Positions 8,839 through 18,536 of a stretch of 38,664 nucleotides of DNA are shown one piece after another. The stretch is from Euryarchaeota archaeon UBA501 (GTDB lineage Archaea; Thermoplasmatota; Poseidoniia; Poseidoniales; Thalassarchaeaceae), in NCBI GenBank assembly GCA_002505685.1, contig DAVT01000069.1, positions 1 through 38,664 on the forward strand. Direction: 5' to 3'. Position 1 is the first letter of the stretch; each line of letters opens with the position of its first letter. The position numbers were made by a program, and so were the translations under genes. Under the pieces are notes generated by a model that worked only from the letters and a program-made list of their open reading frames with translations, ran no database searches and was not told the origin of the DNA.

Positions 8839-11046
8839 ATGCGAAATCTGCTCGGCATCGCATTGATGCTCCCGTTCCTCGCATTGTTGTCATTCTTTGT
8901 TCTCGACATCTCCAGTCTTGAATATGTGTGGATGAATGGGGGCTCTGATTTACCACTTCTATACCGAATCAGTGCGATATGGGCGGGTCGAGAAGGGCCC
9001 CTGCTACTCTGGGTTGCGATGTTGGGGGTTTTGCTTCTCCTCGATGGAAAGCAACACCAATCTGAATCAGAGGAGCAACATCAGTTGAGAATCCGCCTTT
9101 TGGTTGGCTTCTCGATGTTGTTACTTTTCATCGCGTTGATGATGAATCCTTTCCGCTCGACACCCGATGATGCATTTTCACGCCCAGGTTTGAATGCACT
9201 TTTGCAAACAGATTTGATGGTCATACATCCTCCAGTCGTATTCGCCTACTACACGTTATGTGTAGGTGTTGGAGCCCATGCTATTACCGCGATGTTGATT
9301 TCAGGTAATCCTGCTAGAGACCGAATCTTACACCTTGCAAGGCCGGCGTTTTGGGTTGGTACACTCGGTGTTGGATTGGGTGGTTTGTGGGCATATACTG
9401 TTCTTGATTGGGGTGGCTATTGGGCATGGGATCCGGTCGAAACCGGTTCACTACTTCCATGGTTGGCTCTAGTACTTCTTTTGCATCTGCGCTTGCCTAA
9501 GGGAATGGCCAAAGAAGATCACTGGTTCATCGGATTAGGGTTACTTCCAGCTTTCTTTTCTTTCCACGCAACATTGGTGACGCGGGCAAATGGAGTTTGG
9601 CAGAGTGTCCACGCATTTGTTGCCGAAGGCGAAATTGACCCGACGATGGGTCCGATTCAGAGGATATTGGAATTGGGCTTTGGTGACGCTCCCGGCATTG
9701 AAGTACACCTATACCTACTCGTTCTAGCCGCTATGCTTTGGCTACTCACACGACATTTTGCAAATGAGCGCGATCAAGAATGGGCACCTTTGGGGATTCT
9801 AGCGGGCGCCATTCTCGGTATGCAAATTGGCACCCTTGAAGTGGGAATTTTAGCAGGAACTTTCGGTTTCCTACTTTGGAGTCAACGAGAATCTGGTGAG
9901 AGAGTTGTTTGGCTATCATCAGGTGTGATGCTGATGCTATTCAGCTACTGGGCCTTCTTGCTGACAACTACCTTTGCCGTTGTCGGCATGTTGCTTTTCC
10001 TTTCTCCGTTGTTCCTCATCAAGGATATTGAGGACCCACCATTGGAATGGAAGAATAGCCGTTGGCAACAACGGGTTGTACTTTGGATTCCATTGGCCGT
10101 TGGGGCTCCATTCCTTTTGCTAACTTGGATGCTACTTTTGGCAGAAGTTGACGGCACGAATTTGGCTTGGCATGAGATTTTTGGTTTGCCATTATTGTGT
10201 TTGGCCGCACTTGGTTTGACGGTATACAGTTGGAGGAAAGTGGTGAACCCTGAACATATACCATCTCTCCTTATTCTGATTATAGCGTTCAGCGCAGTTT
10301 TCGCCAATATGTATGGAGATACATTACCCGGTGATGCAGATCATTTGTTCTCCGAAGGCATTACTCGAGGGATGATTGCAGGTTTTGCATTACCCTTGTT
10401 CGTGTTTTCGATTCCCCCGATGATGCGTCTTGTTTGGGTTCGGGCAGGAGAATTTCAATTGCATCAAAAGCCATTACAATTGCGTCGGATGGCCATGCAT
10501 CTAGCCCATCTCGGTATTCTACTGCTATTGGTTGGCCACGTATTTACCACAACACTGGTCCAAAGAGGGGATCCAAGTCACATTGTCATGCTAGCGAAAG
10601 ATACGCCTATTGAACACAATGGATATTGGTACACGTTTACCGAGTTGCATGCATATGGGCCTGATGATGAGCAATGGGATGAAAACGTAGGAGATGGAAA
10701 GATTCTGGTGACAGTTGAAGTCAGGAAAGAATCGGATGGAGAGATCATTGCGACGATGAATCCTGGTATGTTGAGATTCGATGAAGGGGGGATTCCCGCA
10801 CGTGCGGAAACCGATATTTGGCACCGCCCTCATGGTGACTTGGTGATGATTTTCGATCAAAGCCAAGCAAACCAACTGTATTTGACCTCATTTATGCAAC
10901 ATGGGGACTCTGTGGATCGAATTCGAGTTGTAATTTACGATTTGACCGGCAGCCATCTTGTTTGGGCCGGATGGTCTCTGATTCTCATCGGTACAGCGCT
11001 GACTTGGATTATGGTCCCTCCTTCGCCCAAAGAGGAGGAAGAATGA
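8839..11046 (+). CDS. ccmF: CcmF-like cytochrome c heme lyase / heme-handling protein (WWD domain)
   Basis: AIWAGREGPLLLW and the WWD signature WGGYWAWDPVETGSLLPWL, with many TM helices. The ATG at 8839 follows GGTGA and lies 4 nt after the reductase stop. The protein ends in PKEEEE. Confidence 0.75.
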   Translation: MRNLLGIALMLPFLALLSFFVLDISSLEYVWMNGGSDLPLLYRISAIWAGREGPLLLWVAMLGVLLLLDGKQHQSESEEQHQLRIRLLVGFSMLLLFIALMMNPFRSTPDDAFSRPGLNALLQTDLMVIHPPVVFAYYTLCVGVGAHAITAMLISGNPARDRILHLARPAFWVGTLGVGLGGLWAYTVLDWGGYWAWDPVETGSLLPWLALVLLLHLRLPKGMAKEDHWFIGLGLLPAFFSFHATLVTRANGVWQSVHAFVAEGEIDPTMGPIQRILELGFGDAPGIEVHLYLLVLAAMLWLLTRHFANERDQEWAPLGILAGAILGMQIGTLEVGILAGTFGFLLWSQRESGERVVWLSSGVMLMLFSYWAFLLTTTFAVVGMLLFLSPLFLIKDIEDPPLEWKNSRWQQRVVLWIPLAVGAPFLLLTWMLLLAEVDGTNLAWHEIFGLPLLCLAALGLTVYSWRKVVNPEHIPSLLILIIAFSAVFANMYGDTLPGDADHLFSEGITRGMIAGFALPLFVFSIPPMMRLVWVRAGEFQLHQKPLQLRRMAMHLAHLGILLLLVGHVFTTTLVQRGDPSHIVMLAKDTPIEHNGYWYTFTELHAYGPDDEQWDENVGDGKILVTVEVRKESDGEIIATMNPGMLRFDEGGIPARAETDIWHRPHGDLVMIFDQSQANQLYLTSFMQHGDSVDRIRVVIYDLTGSHLVWAGWSLILIGTALTWIMVPPSPKEEEE

Positions 11047-11059
11047 GCCCTACGGGCTC
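11045..11059 (+). terminator. Hairpin GAGCCC-TAC-GGGCTC overlapping the ccmF-like stop codon
   Basis: 6-bp perfect inverted repeat with a TAC loop, followed by GGGCCC. It begins within the TGA at 11044-11046. Confidence 0.4.
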
Positions 11060-11133
11060 GGGCCCTTCAACCGCACGCTCATAAAGGGGAAGTCGGTCGC
11101 GGGGCCGCCCACAAAGTTGGGTAGGTGGAAAAA

Positions 11134-11829
11134 ATGGAAAACGGTTCAATCGTCCACATCGAATATGACCTCTACAATGCAGATGATGATTCACTCATCG
11201 AAACGACTCGCGAAGAGGTAGCGAAGGAAGCGGACAAGTTCGATGAAAACCGAACATACACACCTCTTGTCACCGTGATTGGAGATGGCCGCTTGATTGC
11301 AGGTTTTGAAGCACACTTGGCCGAGGCGGATGCTGAGACCGATTACGAGTTCGATATTGCTCCTGAGGATGCTTACGGTGAAAGAGACCCGAACGCGGTT
11401 GAGACCATGGGACAGGATGTATTGGCCCGCTCGGTTCGAGACCCTGACAGTTTGGCCATCGGTGGACCAGTTGAGATTAATGGAAAGCAAGGGATCCTAC
11501 AGATGGTTCGCGCCGGCCGTGCACGCATCGATTTCAATCATCCTCTAGCTGGTCGAACTCTCCGTTACAAGTACCGGATTGTCAAGGTAGTAGAAGACCG
11601 TGCTGAGAAGGTATCTACTCTACTTGAGACCAATACCGGTCGAGATGGATTTGAGGTTGAATTCAATGGCGATGATTTGACCATCACTCTGCCTGAATTT
11701 GTCGCCTACGACCAGAATTGGGCGTTTACAAAGTTCAGTTTAATCCGCACACTTAGGGATCACATTGGAGTTGAGACCATTGTTTTCCGTGAGGTTCACG
11801 AAGCACGCCAAGTTGGGGAAGAAGAGTAA
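11134..11829 (+). CDS. Long-type archaeal FKBP peptidyl-prolyl isomerase / chaperone (SlyD-like with insert-in-flap and C-terminal domain)
   Basis: IDFNHPLAGRTLRYKYRI is the FKBP/SlyD hallmark, and the overall layout matches 26-kDa methanogen FKBPs. The ATG at 11134 is preceded by AGGTGG. The protein ends in GEEE. Confidence 0.88.
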   Translation: MENGSIVHIEYDLYNADDDSLIETTREEVAKEADKFDENRTYTPLVTVIGDGRLIAGFEAHLAEADAETDYEFDIAPEDAYGERDPNAVETMGQDVLARSVRDPDSLAIGGPVEINGKQGILQMVRAGRARIDFNHPLAGRTLRYKYRIVKVVEDRAEKVSTLLETNTGRDGFEVEFNGDDLTITLPEFVAYDQNWAFTKFSLIRTLRDHIGVETIVFREVHEARQVGEEE

Positions 11830-11859
11830 TCACATCGAAACCTGCGATGAGGTTCGGGC

Positions 11860-13176
11860 ATGAGTGAAGAAAGCCCCCTATTGACGGAGAAGCCGTTACC
11901 GGATTCTCATTTTTCTTTGATGGAGAGGGGTGCTGCTACCATCATACTAACGGGAGTAATCCTCCTTCTAGGCGCAATTTTGGGTCAAGATATTGCACCC
12001 GGAAATATCCTTTCAGAAAGTTATGATACATATTTTATCGAACCCCACTCAATCGATTCAACTACTGGAGATGCTGGTTACAACCCAGTCGATACAATCG
12101 CTTACTCACTTCTGTTGGTATCCTTTGTAGTCGTAATATCTGCATGGTTGAGACGAATTGGTGTCCCTCCTAGAGATGAATCCATCCTCGCTCTACTTCC
12201 ATGGGTTTTCTGGGCATCACTGGGAGAAGTGAATGAGGATGGTTATTTGTTTGATCCAGAGGGAATGGGTGGCTTTTTTGTATCTCCATTGATTCATTTC
12301 CATGTGGCAATATGGGTTGTCCTAGTGGGTTGGATGAGTCACAATGTTGACAAAAAATCAGATTCTGAAGGTAGGGCTAAAGTCACTCAACTCTCAGCCA
12401 TCTTACTATTATTACAATGGGTGGTATTCATGCCACAGATAGGTAGCCATTGGGAGAAAGAATTCGTTGATTGGCTTCTATCTCCACTATTTTTGTCACC
12501 ACTCTTTGGTTTGCTTATAATCGTCCTTTTACACCCGTTCCTAGAATGTTGCACCGCGATTGAGCAAGGTCTGATACAAGTTGGTCTCGGTGGTTGTTTC
12601 GTTCACCTCGCAGGTTGGTTGATGCTGTACATTGAGCCCCTAAACAACCGCGAGCCAATATCGATGCTACCCTTCCTGTTCATTGTAGGTGTGCCATTCA
12701 TCATCTGCGTTCTTTTGTGGTTCACTGGTCAAGAGGCTCGTGCACAGCTAAAGCACATGGGATTGGAACCGGGAATCATTCCAGAAGGAATCACTGTAGA
12801 AGATTGGGAGCGACAGAACTCCTCGACATGGGAGCGCATGGAATCACTCACACCTCCAGCAACCTTGGGTATTCCAGTGGTTCTCTTGGGCATGTATGGG
12901 CAAATGGTCGATGGATTGGCAACAAGCGTTGGTTTGGAACACTATGGGTATGGCGAAAAACACGTGGCATCTCAATGGGTGATCGACATGGCTGGTACAG
13001 CTTGGGGTTTTGGTGCGCTAAAGTTTGGTTTGGCTGCAATGATTTGGTGGCTATTCGCTTACGCTCGCTTTGAAACTCGCCATCGTCATCTGCGCTTGAT
13101 GGTGCTTCTTTGTCTCCTAGTGGTCGGTTTGGCCCCTGGATTACGAGATGTTTTGCGAATGACACTTGCCGTTTGA
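11860..13176 (+). CDS. Polytopic membrane protein of unknown function (possibly DUF63-like)
   Basis: Roughly 9-10 hydrophobic helices. The ATG is preceded by GAGGT. The C-terminal block [23 protein letters not shown] is the only conserved-looking segment I can point to. Confidence 0.6.
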   Translation: MSEESPLLTEKPLPDSHFSLMERGAATIILTGVILLLGAILGQDIAPGNILSESYDTYFIEPHSIDSTTGDAGYNPVDTIAYSLLLVSFVVVISAWLRRIGVPPRDESILALLPWVFWASLGEVNEDGYLFDPEGMGGFFVSPLIHFHVAIWVVLVGWMSHNVDKKSDSEGRAKVTQLSAILLLLQWVVFMPQIGSHWEKEFVDWLLSPLFLSPLFGLLIIVLLHPFLECCTAIEQGLIQVGLGGCFVHLAGWLMLYIEPLNNREPISMLPFLFIVGVPFIICVLLWFTGQEARAQLKHMGLEPGIIPEGITVEDWERQNSSTWERMESLTPPATLGIPVVLLGMYGQMVDGLATSVGLEHYGYGEKHVASQWVIDMAGTAWGFGALKFGLAAMIWWLFAYARFETRHRHLRLMVLLCLLVVGLAPGLRDVLRMTLAV

Positions 13177-13209
13177 GACAGGCGAGTGTTCAAGGCCAAG
13201 TTCGTATTC

Positions 13210-13226
13210 GCACCCCTTAGGGGTGC
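13210..13226 (+). promoter_or_regulatory. Hairpin GCACCCC-TTA-GGGGTGC ending 2 nt before the carboxyltransferase ATG
   Basis: 7-bp perfect inverted repeat with a 3-nt loop. The 3' arm GGGGTG is the only SD-like purine run ahead of the ATG at 13229. The hairpin is also 34 nt downstream of the preceding stop. Confidence 0.5.
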
Positions 13227-13228
13227 GT

Positions 13229-14839
13229 ATGGACCGACTTCAATCTAGAGTCAATTCTTCGGATGCTGCGTTCAAGTCGAACCATGCACACAATAGTGCT
13301 CTGTTGGAGACACTTCGAGAGAGACTGAATGTTGTGCAGGATGGTGGTGGTGGCAAATATGTCGAGAAACATCGCAACCGGGGTAAAGCCCTTCCAAGAG
13401 AGCGAATATCAGCGATTTGCGACCCGGGTACCCCATTCCTCGAATTGTCACCTTTGGCTGCATTCGATCTATATGATGGCAAGGCGGCCAGTGCTGGGAT
13501 TGTCACCGGAATCGGTGTGGTTCATGGTAGAGAATGTCTTTTCGTCGCCAATGACGCTACGGTAAAGGGTGGTTCATACTATCCAATGACAGTCAAGAAA
13601 CACATTCGTGCTCAAGAAGTAGCAGATGCAAATCACTTGCCCTGTATCTATCTGGTAGATTCGGGAGGTGCATTCTTACCCATGCAGGACGAAGTATTCC
13701 CAGACAAGGGCCACTTTGGACGAATCTTCCGCAATCAAGCCATGATGAGTGGCAAAGGAATTCCACAAATTGCAGCCGTTTGTGGTTCATGTACGGCAGG
13801 GGGTGCTTATGTTCCTGCGATGTCGGATGAATCGATTATCGTCAAAGGAAATGGCACAATTTTCCTTGCGGGTCCTCCATTGGTCAAGGCTGCAACAGGT
13901 GAAGAGGTCAGTGCTGAGGATTTGGGTGGAGCAGATGTACATACCGCCCAATCAGGGGTCGCTGATCATTTTGCAGAGGATGAACCTAGTGCGCTTCGAA
14001 TGGTCAGGAACATTGTCGAAAACCTCAATTCAGGAAACAAGACGAAGCTGGAATTCCAACCCCCAGAAGACCCCGCATATCCAGTGGATGAAATCCTAGG
14101 TATCATTCCCGAAGACAATCGGACACCGTTTGATGTAAGAGAAATTATCTCTAGAATTGTAGATGGCAGTCGTTTCCATGAATTCAAATCACGCTATGGT
14201 CCCACACTTGTTTGTGGTTTTGCACGAATACATGGCTACCCGGTTGGGATTGTTGCCAACAATGGAATCTTGTTTTCAGAGTCATCGCTCAAAGGGGCAC
14301 ACTTTGTAGAATTGTGCGGTCAACGTGGCATACCCTTGGTGTTCTTGCAGAATATCACAGGGTTCATGGTTGGGCGTGAATATGAAGCCGGAGGAATCGC
14401 CAAGGACGGTGCCAAATTGGTGACTGCAGTCTCCTGTGTACCGGTACCCAAATTCACAGTCATCATAGGAGGCAGTCACGGTGCAGGTAACTATGGAATG
14501 TGCGGCAGAGCTTATGACCCCCGTTTCCTGTTCATGTGGCCAAATAGTCGTATTTCTGTAATGGGAGGTCCCCAGGCTGCAGATGTATTGGCTACAGTCA
14601 AGCAAGATCAACGGGCAAGAGAAGGACTTGATCCAATGAGCGAAGAAGAATGGGCTACATTCCAAGCCCCTATTTTGGAGAAATATAATGTCGAAGGGTC
14701 GCCCTATTATTCGACGGCAAGGTTGTGGGATGATGGAATCATCGACCCAAGAGATACACGCGACATACTCGGGTTGGCAATTAGTGCCAGTCTAAACGCG
14801 CCTATGCCAGATACAAATTTCGGTATTTTTAGAATGTAA
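13229..14839 (+). CDS. Methylcrotonyl-CoA carboxylase beta subunit (acyl-CoA carboxyltransferase)
   Basis: Carboxyltransferase blocks [33 protein letters not shown] and [11 protein letters not shown] are closest in pattern to MCCC2-type enzymes. The N-terminus MDRLQSRVN starts at the ATG at 13229; the ORF-track start at 13166 runs through the spacer. Confidence 0.88.
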   Translation: MDRLQSRVNSSDAAFKSNHAHNSALLETLRERLNVVQDGGGGKYVEKHRNRGKALPRERISAICDPGTPFLELSPLAAFDLYDGKAASAGIVTGIGVVHGRECLFVANDATVKGGSYYPMTVKKHIRAQEVADANHLPCIYLVDSGGAFLPMQDEVFPDKGHFGRIFRNQAMMSGKGIPQIAAVCGSCTAGGAYVPAMSDESIIVKGNGTIFLAGPPLVKAATGEEVSAEDLGGADVHTAQSGVADHFAEDEPSALRMVRNIVENLNSGNKTKLEFQPPEDPAYPVDEILGIIPEDNRTPFDVREIISRIVDGSRFHEFKSRYGPTLVCGFARIHGYPVGIVANNGILFSESSLKGAHFVELCGQRGIPLVFLQNITGFMVGREYEAGGIAKDGAKLVTAVSCVPVPKFTVIIGGSHGAGNYGMCGRAYDPRFLFMWPNSRISVMGGPQAADVLATVKQDQRAREGLDPMSEEEWATFQAPILEKYNVEGSPYYSTARLWDDGIIDPRDTRDILGLAISASLNAPMPDTNFGIFRM

Positions 14840-14852
14840 TGGAGCAATTGAA

Positions 14853-15710
14853 ATGTCAAATTTTGCAATTGAAGATTTAGTGCCTGAAACGGGCCTTTGT
14901 AAGCTAGAAATTAACGGAGCCATTGCTCACCTCACACTCACACGTGAAGATGTATTCAATGCGCTCAACATCCAACTTATCAGCGAAATCATCTCGCTAC
15001 TGGATTGGACTAAGGAGCGGTCGGTTGGTGAACGTGGAACATTGAATGATGCAACTGGAAATCCGTACATTCGAGTCCTCGTGATATCAGGTGCAGGCAA
15101 GCACTTCTGCGCTGGTGCTGACATCAACATGATGCGTGATGCAGGAGCGAAGAGTGCCGAAGAAAATAGGGCAGATTCAGAACGTCTCGATCGATTATTC
15201 AACAGTCTTTGGGCCCATCCTTGCTTCACCATTGGAAAGATACAGGGCGTCGCTCTTGGAGGTGGCGCTGGCCTCATTGCCTGCATGGATCATGTCATCG
15301 TGGAACCCAGAACGAGAATTGCGTTATCTGAAGGTAAACTTGGTATTCTGCCAGCAGTCATCGGTCCCTATGTGTATCGAAAAGTTGGGAGTGCAGAGTT
15401 CCGTCGATTGGCAATGCTGGCGGGACGTATTGGTTCTGAAGAATCTCTTAGAATCGGACTTGTCAATGAGTTAGTGGAATCGTTGGATGGCTCGGAGAAG
15501 TCTGTGATTGACGAAATCATGACCACGGGTCCGATGGCCGTTACAGAAGCCAAGCGACTTGCCTTGACCTTTGATCGTTGGGCAGGAACCGACGAGGAAC
15601 TCAGAAGGTGGACATTGGACAAAACCAGTGAGATGCGTGGCTCGGAAGAAGGCCAAGAAGGATTAGCCTCATTCCTCGAAAAGCGTTCACCCAATTGGAA
15701 TCAGGAGTGA
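14853..15710 (+). CDS. Enoyl-CoA hydratase/isomerase family (methylglutaconyl-CoA hydratase by context)
   Basis: Crotonase oxyanion-hole motifs SGAGKHFCAGADI and GVALGGGAGL. GGAG lies 8-11 nt before the ATG. Confidence 0.85.
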   Translation: MSNFAIEDLVPETGLCKLEINGAIAHLTLTREDVFNALNIQLISEIISLLDWTKERSVGERGTLNDATGNPYIRVLVISGAGKHFCAGADINMMRDAGAKSAEENRADSERLDRLFNSLWAHPCFTIGKIQGVALGGGAGLIACMDHVIVEPRTRIALSEGKLGILPAVIGPYVYRKVGSAEFRRLAMLAGRIGSEESLRIGLVNELVESLDGSEKSVIDEIMTTGPMAVTEAKRLALTFDRWAGTDEELRRWTLDKTSEMRGSEEGQEGLASFLEKRSPNWNQE

Positions 15711-17257
15711 TGCAGATGCTTGGACCAGATTGGATGAAGGGAGCCCCTCATCCAATCACCAAGATTCTTGTCGCTAATCGTGGCGAAATTGCCTGCCGAA
15801 TCTTCCGTTCATGTGCGGAATTGGGCATTGGCTCAGTCGCCATATATTCGGAATCAGACCGAGGTTCACTGCACCAACAAACTGCCGATGAATCCGTATT
15901 CTTGCCAGGTGATACCCTTGCAGATACTTACCTCAACATCGAGGCGATATTGTCTGCTGCGGGAGATACCGGCGCGGATGCCATTCATCCGGGCTATGGG
16001 TTTCTTTCCGAACGTAGTGCATTTGCAAATGCAGTGAAAGAAGCGGGTCTTGTTTGGATTGGACCTTCTGCTCATGCCATCGATGAAATGGGTGACAAAA
16101 TTAGTGCTAGGCGTGCAATGATTGAGGCAGGTGTCCCCGTAATTCCCGGAGAAGAACTCCCACTGGATGACCCCGATGACATGGTCGAGGAGTTGGTCAG
16201 GGCAGCAACACGAGTGGGCTACCCGCTCCTCCTGAAGGCGAGCGCCGGTGGAGGGGGCAAAGGTATGCGTGTTGTTCGCGAACCACGAAACCTCCAACGA
16301 GAGTACGCTGCAGCAAGCCGTGAAGCCGCCACCTCATTCGGAGATGGCACAGTCTATGTCGAGCGTTTACTAGAGAAATCTCGTCACGTCGAAGTTCAGG
16401 TTCTGTGCGATTCACACGGGGGGGCAGTACATCTCTTTGAGCGCGAGTGTAGTATTCAACGACGCCACCAAAAAGTGGTCGAAGAAGCCCCATCTCCTGT
16501 TCTCGATGAAGTCACCCGAAAGAAAATGGGAGAAGCTGCAGTTAACGCTGCACGTGCAGTGGATTACGAGGGCGCAGGTACTGTAGAATTTCTGTTGGCA
16601 GAAGATGGAGATTTTCATTTCCTTGAGATGAATACACGCCTGCAAGTAGAGCATCCGATTACGGAATGCATCAGTGGTACTGATCTTGTCGTTGAGCAAA
16701 TTCGAGTTGCATCTGGCCTACCGTTACCATTTATGCAAGGTGATTTGTCCATTCGCGGTCACGCAATTGAAGTGAGAATTTACGCTGAAGATCCAAGCAA
16801 TGGTTTTCTTCCAGCAATTGGACCCTTGGCTTTGTTTAGGCCACCTAGTGGACCTGGAATCCGATTGGACACTGGGGTCCGAGAAGGAGATGAGGCGAGG
16901 ATTGACTTCGACCCGATGTTGGCAAAACTCATCGTTCACGCACCCGATAGGGATGCTGCTATTCGTCGTATGAAGCGCGCTTGTGAAGATTTCGTACTAC
17001 TTGGTGTCACGACAAATTTGGGCTTCCTTTGTGATATCATGGGGCACCCCGCCTATCACGCAGGGGATACAACCACCGATTTCATCGAGGTCAATTGGCC
17101 AGATGGTTGGGTTGCTCAACCCTCTGATGTATCCCCATTTGTTGCCGCAGCCGCTGAGCAATTGGGACTCTCACGCAAAGCCGCCATGGTTGAATCATCA
17201 GAAGGGCGAGGGAGCCCATACAATCCTTTCCAATCACTGCGGAGGTCCTTTCCCTGA
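15710..17257 (+). CDS. accC: Biotin carboxylase subunit of acyl-CoA carboxylase
   Basis: ILVANRGEIACRI, the ATP-grasp loop GGGGKGMRVV and EMNTRLQVEHPITE. The ATG at 15710 overlaps the hydratase TGA (TGATG) and follows AGGAGTG. Confidence 0.9.
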   Translation: MQMLGPDWMKGAPHPITKILVANRGEIACRIFRSCAELGIGSVAIYSESDRGSLHQQTADESVFLPGDTLADTYLNIEAILSAAGDTGADAIHPGYGFLSERSAFANAVKEAGLVWIGPSAHAIDEMGDKISARRAMIEAGVPVIPGEELPLDDPDDMVEELVRAATRVGYPLLLKASAGGGGKGMRVVREPRNLQREYAAASREAATSFGDGTVYVERLLEKSRHVEVQVLCDSHGGAVHLFERECSIQRRHQKVVEEAPSPVLDEVTRKKMGEAAVNAARAVDYEGAGTVEFLLAEDGDFHFLEMNTRLQVEHPITECISGTDLVVEQIRVASGLPLPFMQGDLSIRGHAIEVRIYAEDPSNGFLPAIGPLALFRPPSGPGIRLDTGVREGDEARIDFDPMLAKLIVHAPDRDAAIRRMKRACEDFVLLGVTTNLGFLCDIMGHPAYHAGDTTTDFIEVNWPDGWVAQPSDVSPFVAAAAEQLGLSRKAAMVESSEGRGSPYNPFQSLRRSFP

Positions 17258-17266
17258 GGTGTTGCC

Positions 17267-17734
17267 ATGGTCGATTTGAGAGATTCACAAGGTCGCCGGT
17301 GGCAGATTGCCATGGGCTCAGAGCACGCTTTGTGTGACGAGCAAGAAGTTGCGAATAGCCATACGTTCGAACTCGATGCTAGACCAAATCGTATCTGGGT
17401 TGACAATCGCCTAGCACACGCGATTAAAGTTGGAGATGATTGGTGGATCCACCTGGATGGTCTTATCCAAGTGATTTCTATTGACGAACAAGGCGCCGGA
17501 GGAGGAGGGGATGCAGAGGGCATGGTTGCTCCGATGCCGGGCAAAGTCCTCGAAATCCTGTGTCAGGAAGGAGATGTAGTCGAAGCGGGCCAAACTCTGA
17601 TTGTCATGGAAGCGATGAAGATGGAACACCGAATCGCGGCGACAGAAGCAGGAACGGTCGCAGTCATCCACCATAAAGTGGGTGAACAGGTCGACGCTGG
17701 CGCCACACTTATCGATATAGATGGCGCAGAATAA
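17267..17734 (+). CDS. accB: Biotin carboxyl carrier protein (biotinyl/lipoyl domain)
   Basis: VMEAMKMEH carries the biotinyl-lysine AMKM motif. The ATG is 9 nt after the accC TGA in the same frame, preceded by GAGGTG. Confidence 0.85.
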   Translation: MVDLRDSQGRRWQIAMGSEHALCDEQEVANSHTFELDARPNRIWVDNRLAHAIKVGDDWWIHLDGLIQVISIDEQGAGGGGDAEGMVAPMPGKVLEILCQEGDVVEAGQTLIVMEAMKMEHRIAATEAGTVAVIHHKVGEQVDAGATLIDIDGAE

Positions 17735-17735
17735 A

Positions 17736-17763
17736 TCAATTGGAAAAACATTTTTTCAATTGA
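17736..17763. terminator. AT-rich near-perfect palindrome between convergent accB and yaaA (candidate bidirectional terminator)
   Basis: TCAATTGGAAAAA-CA-TTTTTTCAATTGA gives oligo-T runs on both strands. It sits between the TAA at 17732-17734 and the yaaA stop at 17768-17770. Confidence 0.55.
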
Positions 17764-17767
17764 AAAA

Positions 17768-18532
17768 TTAACGATAGAACAACCACTCATAATCGGTTGA
17801 TTGGTTTGCATCAAATCTGTAGCCATCGATGTCAAATTGTTTCAAATCGTCAGGGTTTTCGATTTGATTCTTGACAATGAACCTCGCCATGGCGCCACGG
17901 GCTCGCTTGGCTGAGAAACTAATCAGTTTCAATTTCCCATCTCTCATTTCTTTGAATGTAGGTGTAATTACATCCATACCCAATGCAGGTCGTGCTGCGG
18001 ATTTGAAATATTCATTCGAAGCCAGATTCACTAGAGTATTATCAGACGAAGTTTCATTTCGTTGTTGTAAGAGGTTGGCTATTTCATCTCCCCAGAATGC
18101 ATACAGATTCTTTCCACGTGGTGTTCCGAGGCGTGTCCCCATCTCAAGTCTGTGTGGTTGAATCAAATCTAGAGGTCGAAGCAAGCCATACAATCCAGAC
18201 AAAATACCGAGATGCTGTTGTGCGAATTCCCAATCTTTCAGACCAAAGTCTTGGGCTTGCAAACCAGTATAGGTGTCTCCATCAAACATCAATGCTGCGG
18301 GTTTAGCACCTTCACATTCCGGATCAGCGGAAAACGATTGGTAACGCTCAAAATTCAATGTCGACAATTGTTCAGAGATTTTCATCAATTGTCCAATATC
18401 ATCAGCGGACTTGTTCTTCATTTCTGCAACCAAAGCAGAGGTGTGGTCCAAGAGAGACGGACGTGAGAAATTTAGGTCACGATTCCAACCAGAGCAATTC
18501 AACTTCTTCGCGGGGGAAATTACAGCATACAT
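17768..18532 (-). CDS. yaaA: YaaA/DUF328 family peroxide-stress protein
   Basis: The N-terminus MYAVISPAKKLN is the canonical YaaA start, and the roughly 255 aa length fits the family. The ATG at 18532 is 4 nt after the serS stop; the ORF-track start at 18697 overlaps serS and is over-extended. Confidence 0.8.
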   Translation of the reverse strand: MYAVISPAKKLNCSGWNRDLNFSRPSLLDHTSALVAEMKNKSADDIGQLMKISEQLSTLNFERYQSFSADPECEGAKPAALMFDGDTYTGLQAQDFGLKDWEFAQQHLGILSGLYGLLRPLDLIQPHRLEMGTRLGTPRGKNLYAFWGDEIANLLQQRNETSSDNTLVNLASNEYFKSAARPALGMDVITPTFKEMRDGKLKLISFSAKRARGAMARFIVKNQIENPDDLKQFDIDGYRFDANQSTDYEWLFYR

Positions 18533-18536
18533 CAGT

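Noticed and set aside
13166-13228. N-terminal extensions suggested by the ORF track here and at 5677-5751, 7542-7607, 8800-8838, 18533-18697, 33597-33698, 22031-22060 and 32739-32786.
   Set aside because: The extensions start at GTG or TTG or overlap the preceding gene. They add residues ahead of canonical family N-termini or signal peptides, and internal ATGs with SD sequences or stop/start overlaps fit better.
13229-17734. I considered whether the carboxylase cluster is the acetyl-/propionyl-CoA carboxylase of an autotrophic 3-hydroxypropionate/4-hydroxybutyrate cycle.
   Set aside because: The carboxyltransferase blocks look MCC-beta-like, and a crotonase (methylglutaconyl-CoA hydratase-like) gene sits between the subunits. 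That is the leucine/isovalerate catabolic arrangement. No other cycle genes are in the window. Substrate specificity still needs a phylogeny.
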